This document shows, piece after piece, positions 8,846-18,175 of a stretch of DNA of 62,409 bases. This stretch comes from a virus. Lineage: Duplodnaviria; Caudoviricetes. The notes beneath the pieces are model-generated. The model did not search any database. It was given only the letters and a program-made list of their open reading frames with translations, and had not been told where the DNA came from. A program made the translations under genes and the position numbers. The stretch is taken from the IMG/VR virus record IMGVR_UViG_3300042518_001073, positions 1-62,409 of that record; one strand, written 5' to 3'. The first letter of the stretch is position 1. Each line of letters opens with the position of its first letter.

Positions 8846-9473
8846 CCTCTTCCTCCTCGATGTCTGCTTCGACAGGCGGCTCTTCTTCCTTCGCAAGGCT
8901 CTTCTCCACCTGCTGCGGCGTCACGTCGATGATCGGGCTGCCGTTGCCGTAGAGCTTCTTGATCTCCTCGAGCTTGCGCATGACCTCTTCCTTGCTCATC
9001 GAGTCGATCGTGCCATGTCGAATTTCCTTCCGATCGATGTAGATCGTGCCGAGGGCTTGGCCTCGACGATACTCGGCTTGGACGGCAGCGCCAAAGGCCC
9101 CCGCGGCCAATGCTTGATCACGAATGAGCTGCAAGTCCCTCATGTGCCGCTCGTACGTGGTTGCGTACTTCTCGGCAAGCTCCGCCCGCAGCTTCTGGAT
9201 CTCCGCAACGATGTGCGGGTTGATGTCTGGATCGGTCAGCGTCTCGGCGTAGTACTTCGCCCGCTTCTCGGGATAGCCGGCACGCAGGGCGGCCTCCTTG
9301 GCGGTGACGTGTCCGTCGCCCGCAACGAACTCGTTGACGAACGTCCACTCCTGGGTGGTAAGGATCTGCTTTTTCTTCTTGGTCGCAGGGACAGGCTTGC
9401 TGATCTTGTCGAGCGTGGTTTGGGGAATGCCGCGGCCGATCTGCCTCATCAGCCGATCCGTCGTCTTACTCAC
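8769..9473 (-). CDS. terS: Terminase small subunit
   Basis: HTH FVNEF...AKEAALRAGY, helical core, YIDRKEIRHGTIDSMSKEEV; GTG start coupled to the upstream stop. Confidence 0.8.
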   Translation of the reverse strand: MSKTTDRLMRQIGRGIPQTTLDKISKPVPATKKKKQILTTQEWTFVNEFVAGDGHVTAKEAALRAGYPEKRAKYYAETLTDPDINPHIVAEIQKLRAELAEKYATTYERHMRDLQLIRDQALAAGAFGAAVQAEYRRGQALGTIYIDRKEIRHGTIDSMSKEEVMRKLEEIKKLYGNGSPIIDVTPQQVEKSLAKEEEPPVEADIEEEEDAGEARDEAVPAAEGKPIKLPYYPD

Positions 9474-9685
9474 GCCGTCCTCCAGACTCGCCAACCGCCC
9501 TCGACCTTCCGGCAGGAGAACTTCCACCCGTGCCGCTTGGAGTACATCCACGCTGCCGATCGGACGTTCTTGACCATGGACGGCTCCTCGATGAGGAAGC
9601 TATCGCCGATGTGCATATCCTGAAACGGGTACTTCAGCCGGGCATGGTTCTCGGGCGGTGGTACGTTGGACTCAATTTGCAACAT
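9470..9685 (-). CDS. Small DNA-binding-like protein (DUF7303-like)
   Basis: KYPFQDMHIGDSF...RVWR. Confidence 0.7.
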   Translation of the reverse strand: MLQIESNVPPPENHARLKYPFQDMHIGDSFLIEEPSMVKNVRSAAWMYSKRHGWKFSCRKVEGGWRVWRTA

Positions 9686-9719
9686 ACCGACAGTCTACCG
9701 GGACTCAACTGTCAATGCC

Positions 9720-10060
9720 AAGGCGTTTTACGCACTTTAGTTAAAGAAAAATAGGGTCAATGAAGAAAAAAAATTTCGAAAATTTGTCCGCGCGCGATTT
9801 TTATATCAAATTACACCTACAAAGAGACGTAATGAGTACTGTACGAATACAAGTGATTGATTTGAAACACTTCTTACGTCTATTACGTCTATTACGTCAT
9901 TTTTGTAAAAAATAAAAAAATAATTTCTTGTTGACCCTATTTTTTTCTTACTAAAGGCGTAAAAACGTAATTTTGGCCACGATGCGGTTGTTTTTGGCCC
10001 GTGATCCGTGATTCTTGTCTCATCAAAACCACAGATTTGCTCACGCCCCACGGATCATGC
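9720..10060. other. AT-rich putative replication origin with inverted arms and iterons
   Basis: Strongly AT-rich non-coding tract; imperfect inverted repeat 9724-9760/9931-9967; TTACGTC x3 at 9874-9898. Confidence 0.6.
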
Positions 10061-10130
10061 ACAATAGTCGCAGCCCTCCGGGAGTCCCATCCCGGAGAGC
10101 CACTTCCCATCAATCGAGGAGATTCGACCG

Positions 10131-10421
10131 ATGAGCAAACCTAATCTTGAGCGTATAGCCGAGTACTTTGAGTACGAACCGGACACCGGCACGCTGATCT
10201 GGCGGAAACGCAAGAAAGGGACTCGGATACAGAGTCGTACTATAGCAGGCTGGACGGATTGGCGCGGGGATAGGTGGGTCACCTTTGAGGGCAAGACCTA
10301 TGCCCAGCACCGCATTGCATGGCTCTTGGGCCATGGCGAATGGCCTCCTTTCCGTATCCTCCATATCAATGGCCATCCCGGGGACAATCGTCTCGACAAT
10401 CTTGCGCCGGGGGACATATAA
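10131..10421 (+). CDS. HNH endonuclease (HNH_3-like)
   Basis: YEPDTGTL, HRIAW, HINGHPGDNRLDNL. Confidence 0.8.
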   Translation: MSKPNLERIAEYFEYEPDTGTLIWRKRKKGTRIQSRTIAGWTDWRGDRWVTFEGKTYAQHRIAWLLGHGEWPPFRILHINGHPGDNRLDNLAPGDI

Positions 10422-10450
10422 AAAACCCCGCCAACTTACGCTGGCGGGGT
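10419..10450 (-). terminator. Intrinsic terminator ending the replication/accessory operon
   Basis: ACCCCGCCA...TGGCGGGGT followed by a T-run. Confidence 0.75.
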
Positions 10451-10499
10451 CGTGGCCAATGGCTGGAGTGCTTCAGGACTGGATAGCGGCCACTTAAAC

Positions 10500-10742
10500 C
10501 TATTGGACGTTCGTACCGAGTACGCCCTTGAAGTCTCCTTCTAGCATCCGTGCGGCGGCGTAGGCGGGCATGATCTCACCGAATTCGATGCCTGTGACAT
10601 CGAGGTCTTGGTCCATGATCCCTGGCACGTGGACCACGGGCCCGACGAGCGCGTACCGAGTCCCGTTGATCGTGACGACGATCATCTGGACGAGCGGTTC
10701 GTCGGCGGGGCCGCAGACGCCTGTGACGGTGAGGGTATTCAT
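10500..10742 (-). CDS. Hypothetical protein
   Basis: MNTLTV..., ATGA-coupled. Confidence 0.55.
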   Translation of the reverse strand: MNTLTVTGVCGPADEPLVQMIVVTINGTRYALVGPVVHVPGIMDQDLDVTGIEFGEIMPAYAAARMLEGDFKGVLGTNVQ

Positions 10743-10978
10743 GCCTCGTCCATCTTGCGCCCGGACTCGTACCAATGCAAATCGAGGAGGACGCGTTCGA
10801 GGTGTGTTTGGAGACCATCGCGTTCCTGTTTAAGCCGCCGGACATCCTCCACGAGGGATTCCAGCAGATCCTGTCCCACCTCGATCCGTCTACGGAGGGC
10901 GTAGACATACTCGCGGAGTTGGATGTCGTGGATCGGGATGGGCGGATCGTCCGTCGAGTTGATGGCAGGGCGCATCAT
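10739..10978 (-). CDS. Coiled-coil hypothetical protein
   Basis: MMRPAINS..., coupled to neighbours. Confidence 0.55.
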   Translation of the reverse strand: MMRPAINSTDDPPIPIHDIQLREYVYALRRRIEVGQDLLESLVEDVRRLKQERDGLQTHLERVLLDLHWYESGRKMDEA

Positions 10979-11496
10979 CTGATGACCCCCCGCATCCGAT
11001 CCGCGACGAGGGTCGCGTAGCCGGCAATATCGTCCCATTGGTCGACGCTCTCGGGATCCCCGGTGACGATCCGGGAGACCTTGGTCGCGATCATCTCGAG
11101 GGCTTCCCATTGGTCATCGGCGAAGGTCTTGCCAAGATCCTCCGCTTGCTCTGCCATGGCGCGTTTAAGAGCCTGGGCGAGGCGGGCGTTGTCGCGGAAC
11201 GATCCGTAGGTCGCGGCGCGTTCGTTGAGGATCCCCTTCACGCCGTCTTCGGGGAAGAGCTCCGACTTCACGGTCCACTGCTTCTGGGCCGGGAGCGTGA
11301 GCAACTCTTCGAGCTCGGCGTCCGAGACCAACGCATCGCGCTCATCCACCTCGTTCCCTGCCGCCTGATCACGGAGCTTGTAGGTATACGGCACAGAGAG
11401 CTTGAAGCGCTTGGCAACGGACATGGGCTTGGCGCCCGGGTTATCGAGGAAATGTTGATAGGCCTTTTGGGCTTGGGGCTTTTTGAACTTTTTCAT
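10975..11496 (-). CDS. DUF6378-like protein with N-terminal HTH
   Basis: LNERAATYGSF...EALEMIATKVSRI...WDDIAGYA. Confidence 0.75.
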   Translation of the reverse strand: MKKFKKPQAQKAYQHFLDNPGAKPMSVAKRFKLSVPYTYKLRDQAAGNEVDERDALVSDAELEELLTLPAQKQWTVKSELFPEDGVKGILNERAATYGSFRDNARLAQALKRAMAEQAEDLGKTFADDQWEALEMIATKVSRIVTGDPESVDQWDDIAGYATLVADRMRGVIR

Positions 11497-11714
11497 TGGG
11501 GCAGATCCTTATTCAAAGACAGAAGGGTGTAGCAGGACGCCGGGACGGCGGAGCTGCTGGAGTCGTAGGCACAGGCCGCGTAGAGCGGGTCGGGGGCTGC
11601 GGCGATCATCTGCGCGCGCAGGTATCCGCCGTAAGCGATCGCGGCGAAGAGCGCGAAGAGTAGCAACGCGAAGAACGAACCAATGGCCAAAAGGCCTTTT
11701 TCAAAACCATCCAT
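11493..11714 (-). CDS. Small membrane protein
   Basis: Hydrophobic segment; AGAAAGGAGA RBS. Confidence 0.6.
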   Translation of the reverse strand: MDGFEKGLLAIGSFFALLLFALFAAIAYGGYLRAQMIAAAPDPLYAACAYDSSSSAVPASCYTLLSLNKDLPQ

Positions 11715-11733
11715 AAACAATCTCCTTTCTAGG

Positions 11734-11883
11734 TTAGAAATAATCTCTGCCGCCTCGGCAACTCCTCCAGTTCGGGCGTGGCACGTGGCGCCACTCGTCA
11801 TCTTGAGGCTTGCGTCGGTAGCAGAAGTACAAGCTTATACCAAGTACGCATAACAGAATCAACAATAGCCACAACGAGCTCAT
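11734..11883 (-). CDS. Small membrane protein
   Basis: MSSLWLLLILLCVLG..., ATGA-coupled. Confidence 0.55.
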   Translation of the reverse strand: MSSLWLLLILLCVLGISLYFCYRRKPQDDEWRHVPRPNWRSCRGGRDYF

Positions 11884-12269
11884 GCTTTCTTTCTCCTGGC
11901 TTTCTTCTTTCTCCGAGCCTTTATACCCTGCCGCTCCCGCCAATGCAAGATCCGGTGGCAGTTCGAGCAGAGGGGGATGCACTTCTCCTCGGCCTCGCGG
12001 ATCGCGGCGGGGACGTTGCCGTACTTGACGGCAAGATCGTTGACCGATTGCTTGTTCTCGCGAATGACATGGTGGAAGTCGATCACCGCGGGGTGCGAAA
12101 AGCCACAATGGGCGCAGGCCTTGTCCGCTCTGTAGGCCTCCCAGCGTTTCTTCTGTTCTCTCTTGCGCCGCGCGACGGTGGCGATGGCCTTGGGTTTGTT
12201 GGAGAGATACCAGCGCCGCGAGTATTCCCGCTGCCGTTCGCGTCGGACTTGATCGTCCTTGAACGGCAC
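11880..12269 (-). CDS. HNH endonuclease-like protein
   Basis: CAHCG...DFHH...KCIPLCSNCHRILH. Confidence 0.8.
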   Translation of the reverse strand: MPFKDDQVRRERQREYSRRWYLSNKPKAIATVARRKREQKKRWEAYRADKACAHCGFSHPAVIDFHHVIRENKQSVNDLAVKYGNVPAAIREAEEKCIPLCSNCHRILHWRERQGIKARRKKKARRKKA

Positions 12270-12695
12270 TTAGAGCTTCTTTTTCCAGTACAGGGCTCGC
12301 GCGAAAGAGTAGGGGATGGTTGGCGTGTAGAGCTTGAAGCCACACGTGATGAGGTTATTGGCGCTTGGTTCGTTATCCGTGGTGTCTGACACGGCCCAGT
12401 TGTACCCCTGCCGCTTGGCCCATGTAAGGCGGACGCGGATGAGGCGGCGTTGGATGCCGCCCCCTCGAGCGAGGGGCGTGACCCCTGACCGGGAGAGATA
12501 GACCCCGTCTGGGATCTGCTGGGAAGGCACGAGACACGCGAACGCGACCGGCGTGCGCCGGTGGTACGCGATCCACCAAACCCCCTCTTCTGGGAAGTAC
12601 AAAGCATCGTGCGGCAGACAAGCCCGTTGCAGCTCGATGAGTGTTTCTTCGACTTCCGGGTTTGAAGGGTCAACTTTTTCACAGATGACCTTCAT
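12270..12695 (-). CDS. GNAT acetyltransferase
   Basis: SRSGVTPLARGGGIQRRLI, NEPSANNLITCGF. Confidence 0.85.
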   Translation of the reverse strand: MKVICEKVDPSNPEVEETLIELQRACLPHDALYFPEEGVWWIAYHRRTPVAFACLVPSQQIPDGVYLSRSGVTPLARGGGIQRRLIRVRLTWAKRQGYNWAVSDTTDNEPSANNLITCGFKLYTPTIPYSFARALYWKKKL

Positions 12696-12722
12696 AGGCC
12701 GCGATTCTAGCGGCCGGGGGCG

Positions 12723-13052
12723 TCATTTGAAACCGTATTCCTTGAGCTGATCGGGCGTTGTGTAGTATTTGAGCACTGTTTCAACGGCGAACAAATGGCC
12801 GTTGAGAGTTGCAATGTCGATATCTTTGTCCATGTCGAAGATGCCGATCCTCTTCCCCGCCTTGCGATCCTTGAGGTCGCGGGAGAGGGAAGTATGCAGC
12901 CCGACGAGCTCCTGGACGACGATCTGCTCGATGACGTCGGCCTCGACTTCCAGAGAGACGGTGCTGTGCGACACTTTCTTGGGCTCTTCGGACAAATATT
13001 TCTTGGCGGCCTTCTTGCCGAGTGTGCGCTCGAGTACGGCTTTGCGGTTCAT
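12723..13052 (-). CDS. Hypothetical protein
   Basis: ORF with GAGGAG RBS within the operon. Confidence 0.6.
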   Translation of the reverse strand: MNRKAVLERTLGKKAAKKYLSEEPKKVSHSTVSLEVEADVIEQIVVQELVGLHTSLSRDLKDRKAGKRIGIFDMDKDIDIATLNGHLFAVETVLKYYTTPDQLKEYGFK

Positions 13053-13312
13053 GTTTGGTCTCCTCTTGCTTGAATGTATTCGGATGCCATCTCCAATGCC
13101 GCGCTGCGGATGTCGTTGTGACGTTGCGCCATCTCAAAGCACACCTTCGCACACGCCTCACGCTCCTGCTTCGCGCCCCAGTCAGCGGCGAGGGCGGCGA
13201 AGCGTTCAAGGTTTTCTAGGTTTGGGATATTTACAATGTATCCACCGACAACCTTAGTGCGTTCATGCAGATTGGCCTTTCTCGCCATACGGATAATGTC
13301 GTCGCGGGTCAT
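13049..13312 (-). CDS. Conserved phage hypothetical protein
   Basis: MTRDDIIRMAR...LERFAAL...EREACAKVC motif. Confidence 0.7.
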   Translation of the reverse strand: MTRDDIIRMARKANLHERTKVVGGYIVNIPNLENLERFAALAADWGAKQEREACAKVCFEMAQRHNDIRSAALEMASEYIQARGDQT

Positions 13313-13491
13313 CGGTTGCTTCCTCCTGGCACTTTGCTATGGATCCAGCCTTTGGGCGTTTGCTTGTAGCCGACGGCGACGAGCGCCTCGACGGAGCGAC
13401 AGTTCCCATCGACGCGCTTGTGCAGACGGAACGCATCGGGCGAGGCGAAGACTTGCTTGCACTCTGTGCAGCGGCGTGTGCGGGTAATCAT
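13309..13491 (-). CDS. Zinc-finger protein
   Basis: CTEC...F..H.....C. Confidence 0.6.
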   Translation of the reverse strand: MITRTRRCTECKQVFASPDAFRLHKRVDGNCRSVEALVAVGYKQTPKGWIHSKVPGGSNR

Positions 13492-13688
13492 TGGTTGCGC
13501 ATCTCCAGCATGGCATCGGCGAGCCGATAGGCGTCCTCCGCAACGTAGAACGGCGTGTTCGCCGGGGTGTTGGGGTTCGAGAGAATCCCTGTCAGCGCAG
13601 CGGCGGCGTAGTAATCCCGCAGCGTGATCCCGCCCTCGATCTTCGCGGAGCCTTTGTCATCGGTCACTCGTTCTGGAAATACGTTCAT
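13488..13688 (-). CDS. Conserved phage hypothetical protein
   Basis: GITLRDYYAAAAL...AYRLADAML. Confidence 0.75.
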   Translation of the reverse strand: MNVFPERVTDDKGSAKIEGGITLRDYYAAAALTGILSNPNTPANTPFYVAEDAYRLADAMLEMRNQ

Positions 13689-13922
13689 GTTTCTTCCTCT
13701 CTCAATGCTTCAATGATTTCATCTTCGAGCAGCATGCGCTGCGATTCGCTCAATACTTTCAGGACGTTCACGCGCGCCTTCTTGCCGTCCTCTTTCTCAA
13801 GCTCGGCGTAGGCGGCTTTGATCTCGACCATCGCAGGGAGCACAGCGTGCTCCAGTACGATCGGATCGAGGATGTCGAACGAAAGCTCAACGTCCAGGCT
13901 TATCGACGTACGGTGATACACT
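13685..13922 (-). CDS. Hypothetical protein (start approximate)
   Basis: 3' part of ORF 13685..14221 is protein-like (VYHRTSISLDVEL...). Confidence 0.5.
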
Positions 13923-14303
13923 GTTCTTCTCCCGGTTCTTTTCAATGCGAGCGAGTAGCTCGGCCTGTTTGTAGGCTTCCTCGAACATCGGCTCGACGTG
14001 CTCGCGGATGATCTGCGACATGCTCTTCTTGTAGAACTTCGACAGCTCTTTGAGCTTGAGGTACACGTCCATCGGCACCATGACCGACGAGAACTTCTTG
14101 CCCTTACGCTTGTGCGGGGGCTCCCGGCCTGGATAGCGATAGAGGAAACGCTTCTTGCGGCGACGTTTCTCGAGGCGCGCGGCTCCAAGCCGCGGGAAGG
14201 TGCGGATAAAATCTCTGTCAAACATAAACGTCCATTGTCGACCCTTAGCAGTCGGACGTACCTTTTTCTTCGGCTTCTTTGGAGCGTCTTCAGTCACGCG
14301 CAC
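13887..14303 (-). CDS. Basic protein with ribbon-helix-helix-like C-terminus
   Basis: SVMVPMDVYLKLKELS...SMSQIIRE; GTG after AGAAAGGAG. Confidence 0.6.
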   Translation of the reverse strand: MRVTEDAPKKPKKKVRPTAKGRQWTFMFDRDFIRTFPRLGAARLEKRRRKKRFLYRYPGREPPHKRKGKKFSSVMVPMDVYLKLKELSKFYKKSMSQIIREHVEPMFEEAYKQAELLARIEKNREKNSVSPYVDKPGR

Positions 14304-14354
14304 GTTTCTCCTTTCTTGAACGCTGAATGTACCGTACCAGAATCTTCGCCGCAA

Positions 14355-16223
14355 CTAACCTTTCGCTTCGCCCCACGACGGGCCGATCTCGACGTCGACG
14401 CGGGAGGGGACTTCGAGACGGACGGCCTCTTGCATGATCCGTGATGCGTGGTCCGCGGTCTCTTTCCCATCGACACTGATCGCGATTTCGTCATGCACTT
14501 GCAGGAGGAGCCGCATCCCGGCCTTGTGCAGCGCGACCATGGCGGCTTTGGTCTGATCGGCCGCGGAGCCTTGGATGAGTCGGTTGAGACCCTTGTAGGT
14601 CATGGCGCGCTTGATCCGTGGGCCGTACTCAATGACGGCTTGTTCGCGCGGCAGTGCCTTGTTGATGCCGTACTCGACGGGCTCCCAGAGGGGGAAGCGG
14701 CATTTGCGCCCGAGTAGCGTACGGATCGAGCCGCCCGAGGCCGGGTGTTCGATGCGGCGCATGACGGCGTCGATCGTTCCGCGAAGGAAGGGGACTTTGG
14801 AATGGAAGGTGCCGATGAGTTCGGCGGCTTCGTCGAGCGGGAGGTCGAGGGAGTTGGCGAGCTTTTGCTTGCCCATTCCGTACATCAATCCGAGTCCGAT
14901 GGTCTTGGCGGCTTTGCGTTTGATCCCCGCCATATCTGCCACCATTTGGTGGAAGTCGGTGTTGGGATCGTTGCGGTATGCCTCCGCCATGCGCTCCGCT
15001 CCTGGGAGATCGAGTAGGGTAGCGTAGTGGACGAGAAGCCGAGGCTCCTGTGAGCTGAAGTCGTTGGCTGCCCAGAGCTGTCCTTCTTCAGGCAGGAAAA
15101 GCGATCGTACCAGCGGACCGATGATTTCATGGCGTGCGGGAACCTGTTGTAGGTTGGGGTTGTTCATGGAGAGGCGGCCGGTGACGGTGCCGCCGTCCTC
15201 CGATCGCATCTGGTTGATGTGCGGGTGGATACGTCCGTCGACGGCGCTATGTCGAAGGTAGGGCTCCAAGAAAGTTCCGTGGGTCTTGTTGAATTCTCGG
15301 GCTTCCACGATCAGCTTGGCCACCGGGTGGTCATGGCTATCAAGAAACGTCTTGGTAAAGCTAGGAAGTCCTGTCGCGGTCTTCGGGTACGGCAGCGAGA
15401 GCTTGTCGAATGCCTTGGCGATGCTCGCAGCGGCCCAGATGTCGACCTTCTCGCCCGAGAGCGACTTGATCTGCTTGATGTGCTCGAGCTCTTTGCGCTT
15501 GAACTCGTCGATGAGTTGCTCGCACTTCGGGCGATCGAAGCGGATGCCTTGGAAGGTGAGGTCGATGAGGATCGGCAGGAGTTCAGTCTCCAGCGTGAAG
15601 ATCGACTCGACCTCTTCCTTCTTGATGAGCGCCTTCAGGTGGTGCCAGAGCTTGAGTGTGAGGGCCGCGTCCTGCTCGGCGTAGTCCCCGACGTACATAG
15701 CGGGGAGTTTCCAAAGCTCTTTCTTGGCGTGTACGCCGAAGTCGGAGGCCGCGTCCTTGAGCCCCTGCTCGGACTTGATCTCCTTGAGGTAATCGAAGCC
15801 GAGTGAGTTGAGCGCGTAGCTGTAGCGGTTCTCATCGATCAGCGGCGCGGCGAGCATGGTGTCGTAGACCGTGCCGTTGACCGTGAAGCCTGATGCGCGG
15901 AGCCAGCCGAGGTCGTATGCAGCGTTGTGCATAATCTTGTCGCACGGCAGCTCGAGGACTTTCTTCATCCACCGATTGACGATGCGATCGTCGAGGTTGC
16001 CGCCGCCCTTGTGGGCGATGGGGAAGTAGCCCTTCCAGCCGTCTACCGCGATCGCATAGCCGACGATGTAGCCATCCTTCCGGGGCCATCCTGGGCCCAT
16101 CGACTCCATGTGGGGGTCACATGTTTCAAGGTCGATCGCAATCTCCGTTGCGCTAGAAAGATCTGGGAAAGAAGCAGGCGGCGTCCATTCGGACGGCCGC
16201 GGAAACAGGGGAACGGTGTTCAC
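14355..16223 (-). CDS. polA: Family A DNA polymerase (3'-5' exonuclease + polymerase; Leu762 type)
   Basis: DLET, HNAAYD, TGRLSMNNPNLQQ, DFSSQEPR, RKAAKTIGLGLMYG, QVHDE. Confidence 0.95.
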   Translation of the reverse strand: MNTVPLFPRPSEWTPPASFPDLSSATEIAIDLETCDPHMESMGPGWPRKDGYIVGYAIAVDGWKGYFPIAHKGGGNLDDRIVNRWMKKVLELPCDKIMHNAAYDLGWLRASGFTVNGTVYDTMLAAPLIDENRYSYALNSLGFDYLKEIKSEQGLKDAASDFGVHAKKELWKLPAMYVGDYAEQDAALTLKLWHHLKALIKKEEVESIFTLETELLPILIDLTFQGIRFDRPKCEQLIDEFKRKELEHIKQIKSLSGEKVDIWAAASIAKAFDKLSLPYPKTATGLPSFTKTFLDSHDHPVAKLIVEAREFNKTHGTFLEPYLRHSAVDGRIHPHINQMRSEDGGTVTGRLSMNNPNLQQVPARHEIIGPLVRSLFLPEEGQLWAANDFSSQEPRLLVHYATLLDLPGAERMAEAYRNDPNTDFHQMVADMAGIKRKAAKTIGLGLMYGMGKQKLANSLDLPLDEAAELIGTFHSKVPFLRGTIDAVMRRIEHPASGGSIRTLLGRKCRFPLWEPVEYGINKALPREQAVIEYGPRIKRAMTYKGLNRLIQGSAADQTKAAMVALHKAGMRLLLQVHDEIAISVDGKETADHASRIMQEAVRLEVPSRVDVEIGPSWGEAKG

Positions 16224-17719
16224 AGTCTAAAAGCCTTTTGGGTGTTCTTGGGCAGCACAATGTGCAGAGTCTGCTTGGCACGGGTGATGCCAACGTAAAA
16301 GAGACGGTTGAGGTCATCGGCGTTGCGGTCGTACTCCTGCGCGAACTTCGTCGAGAGGTCGCTAATCAGAAGGACGTTGTCCGCCTCGCCGCCCTTGGCG
16401 CCGTGGATCGTGGAGAGTTTGATGGGCACTTTGCCCGTGAGCTTCACGCCTCGCCGCAGGAGAGCGACGATGTAGTTGCGCTTGTCCTCGCCGATCTTCG
16501 TGAGCGCCTCGTGCCAGATGGCATCGGTCAGCAGTCCGTGTTTCTCGGCAAGCAGGGCGTGTGTGTACATCGTGTGTACATCCGCCGTCTTCAGCCCCTT
16601 GTGTCCGTGCTTGATGAACTTGCCATCGAGGTACTTGTAGACGAGCTTGACCGTCTCGTAGGGAACTTCTTGCCCCTTACGCAGCCGCTCCCAACCCACT
16701 ACGGCGTGGATGACGGACTCGGGGATGCTCCGTTGTCCGTGGCGCTCGAAGAGTAGCCCTTGGGATTTGATCCACTCGTGCATGTCCGTGAGCATGTAGT
16801 TCGCGGCGGCGAGCACGAGCCACTCGCCCTGGGTGAGGTCGACGTGGTGGAAGTCGTTGTGGAAGATGATCGCGCCGCCTTCGGTGCGGGGCTTCCAGAC
16901 CTTGGGCTGGCGTTTGCGGATCCGTTTGACGACCTGGTCGGCGAGCGCGTGGATCTTAGAGGGCACTCGGTAGGACTGATCGAGGATGCGGATGTTGCCT
17001 TCGAGGGTCAGGAAGCTATCGACGTCGGCGCCGGCCCAAGTGTAGACCGCCTGATCGTCGTCCCCGGCGATATAGGTCTTCTCTGCCCGTTCGATCAGCT
17101 CTTTGACGAGCCGCCACTGGAGCTTGGAGAGATCCTGCGCTTCGTCAATAATTAGCGTCTTGAGCGACGGCAGCCGTTCCGGTTCGTCCACGACTCGCTC
17201 TAGGAGGTCGGTGAAATCCAGAAGACCATGTGAGGCTTTGTAATGTCTGTAAGCTCTGTCAACGTACTCGAAGTGATGCCACTCGATCGTCATGCCGCTC
17301 TCGTTGTAGTGCTGGCGAAGATCCTTTCCCTTGATTCGCGCGATGTTCACCTCGTTCAGGATCGGGTGGTCGGCCTTGATGGCAAACTCCTCTTCTCCCT
17401 GCTCAACGGCGAGCTCGATCCCCGCTTCCTTCGCGAACTCTGCGTAGTGCTGCGGCGACATCATGTCCCTGGGGCCGATGCCGAGGCAGCGGTAGGCAAG
17501 TGAGTGCAGCGTACGGAACCATGGGAAGTCGAGATCCGGGTTCAAGTGCGGGAACTTCTGCGTCGCGCGATCACGCGCTTCGGTTGCGGCCTTGCGGGTG
17601 AAAGCGTAGTACCCGATCTGGGTCGGATGGACATCCGCAGCCAACTCCCGCTCTACAACGGAAAGCAGATAGGTCGTCTTGCCAGCGCCCGGAGGGCCGA
17701 ATACTTTCTCGACGCTCAT
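16220..17719 (-). CDS. UvrD/Rep-like SF1 helicase
   Basis: GPPGAGKT, IDEAQD, GDDDQA, QSYR, STIHGAKGGE, YVGITRA. Confidence 0.92.
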   Translation of the reverse strand: MSVEKVFGPPGAGKTTYLLSVVERELAADVHPTQIGYYAFTRKAATEARDRATQKFPHLNPDLDFPWFRTLHSLAYRCLGIGPRDMMSPQHYAEFAKEAGIELAVEQGEEEFAIKADHPILNEVNIARIKGKDLRQHYNESGMTIEWHHFEYVDRAYRHYKASHGLLDFTDLLERVVDEPERLPSLKTLIIDEAQDLSKLQWRLVKELIERAEKTYIAGDDDQAVYTWAGADVDSFLTLEGNIRILDQSYRVPSKIHALADQVVKRIRKRQPKVWKPRTEGGAIIFHNDFHHVDLTQGEWLVLAAANYMLTDMHEWIKSQGLLFERHGQRSIPESVIHAVVGWERLRKGQEVPYETVKLVYKYLDGKFIKHGHKGLKTADVHTMYTHALLAEKHGLLTDAIWHEALTKIGEDKRNYIVALLRRGVKLTGKVPIKLSTIHGAKGGEADNVLLISDLSTKFAQEYDRNADDLNRLFYVGITRAKQTLHIVLPKNTQKAFRL

Positions 17720-17875
17720 GGTTCCATCGGCGGTGAGGGGTAATACGGGGCGAGCGTGATCATGAAACGCTCGGGCTCTTCCTGGCGCTTGTCGTCCGCA
17801 TCGCGATAGTCGTCGTACACGCCGACCACGATGCTGCCGTGATCGAGCGCGACGTACATGACGACGAAGACCATG
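17716..17875 (-). CDS. Small hypothetical protein (start approximate)
   Basis: MVFVVMYVALDHG... fills the gap between genes. Confidence 0.45.
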
Positions 17876-17884
17876 CGCTGATGG

Positions 17885-18175
17885 TTATTCACGCTGCTCG
17901 GCCTCCTGATCCTCGACCATCTCGTTGACCTTTTGCATGGTGCACGGCCAGACGATGATGGGCGTTGTCTTGCCGACGTACGCGCCTTCGATGTTGTAGC
18001 TGATGTACTCGAGCGCCTCCTCGTAACCCATGCCCGAGTCGGAGATGAGAATGCCGACAAGGGCGTCGCCGTTGTAAATCAACGTATCTAGTCGTTCGGC
18101 ACTACCGTCAGGACTCTTTTGCCAAACGGTCGCGATGCCAATCAATGCGCTATCAAAGCCGTCTATCTTGAGCAT
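17885..18175 (-). CDS. Conserved phage hypothetical protein
   Basis: DGFDSALIG...EEALEY...NIEGAYVGKTTP. Confidence 0.75.
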   Translation of the reverse strand: MLKIDGFDSALIGIATVWQKSPDGSAERLDTLIYNGDALVGILISDSGMGYEEALEYISYNIEGAYVGKTTPIIVWPCTMQKVNEMVEDQEAEQRE

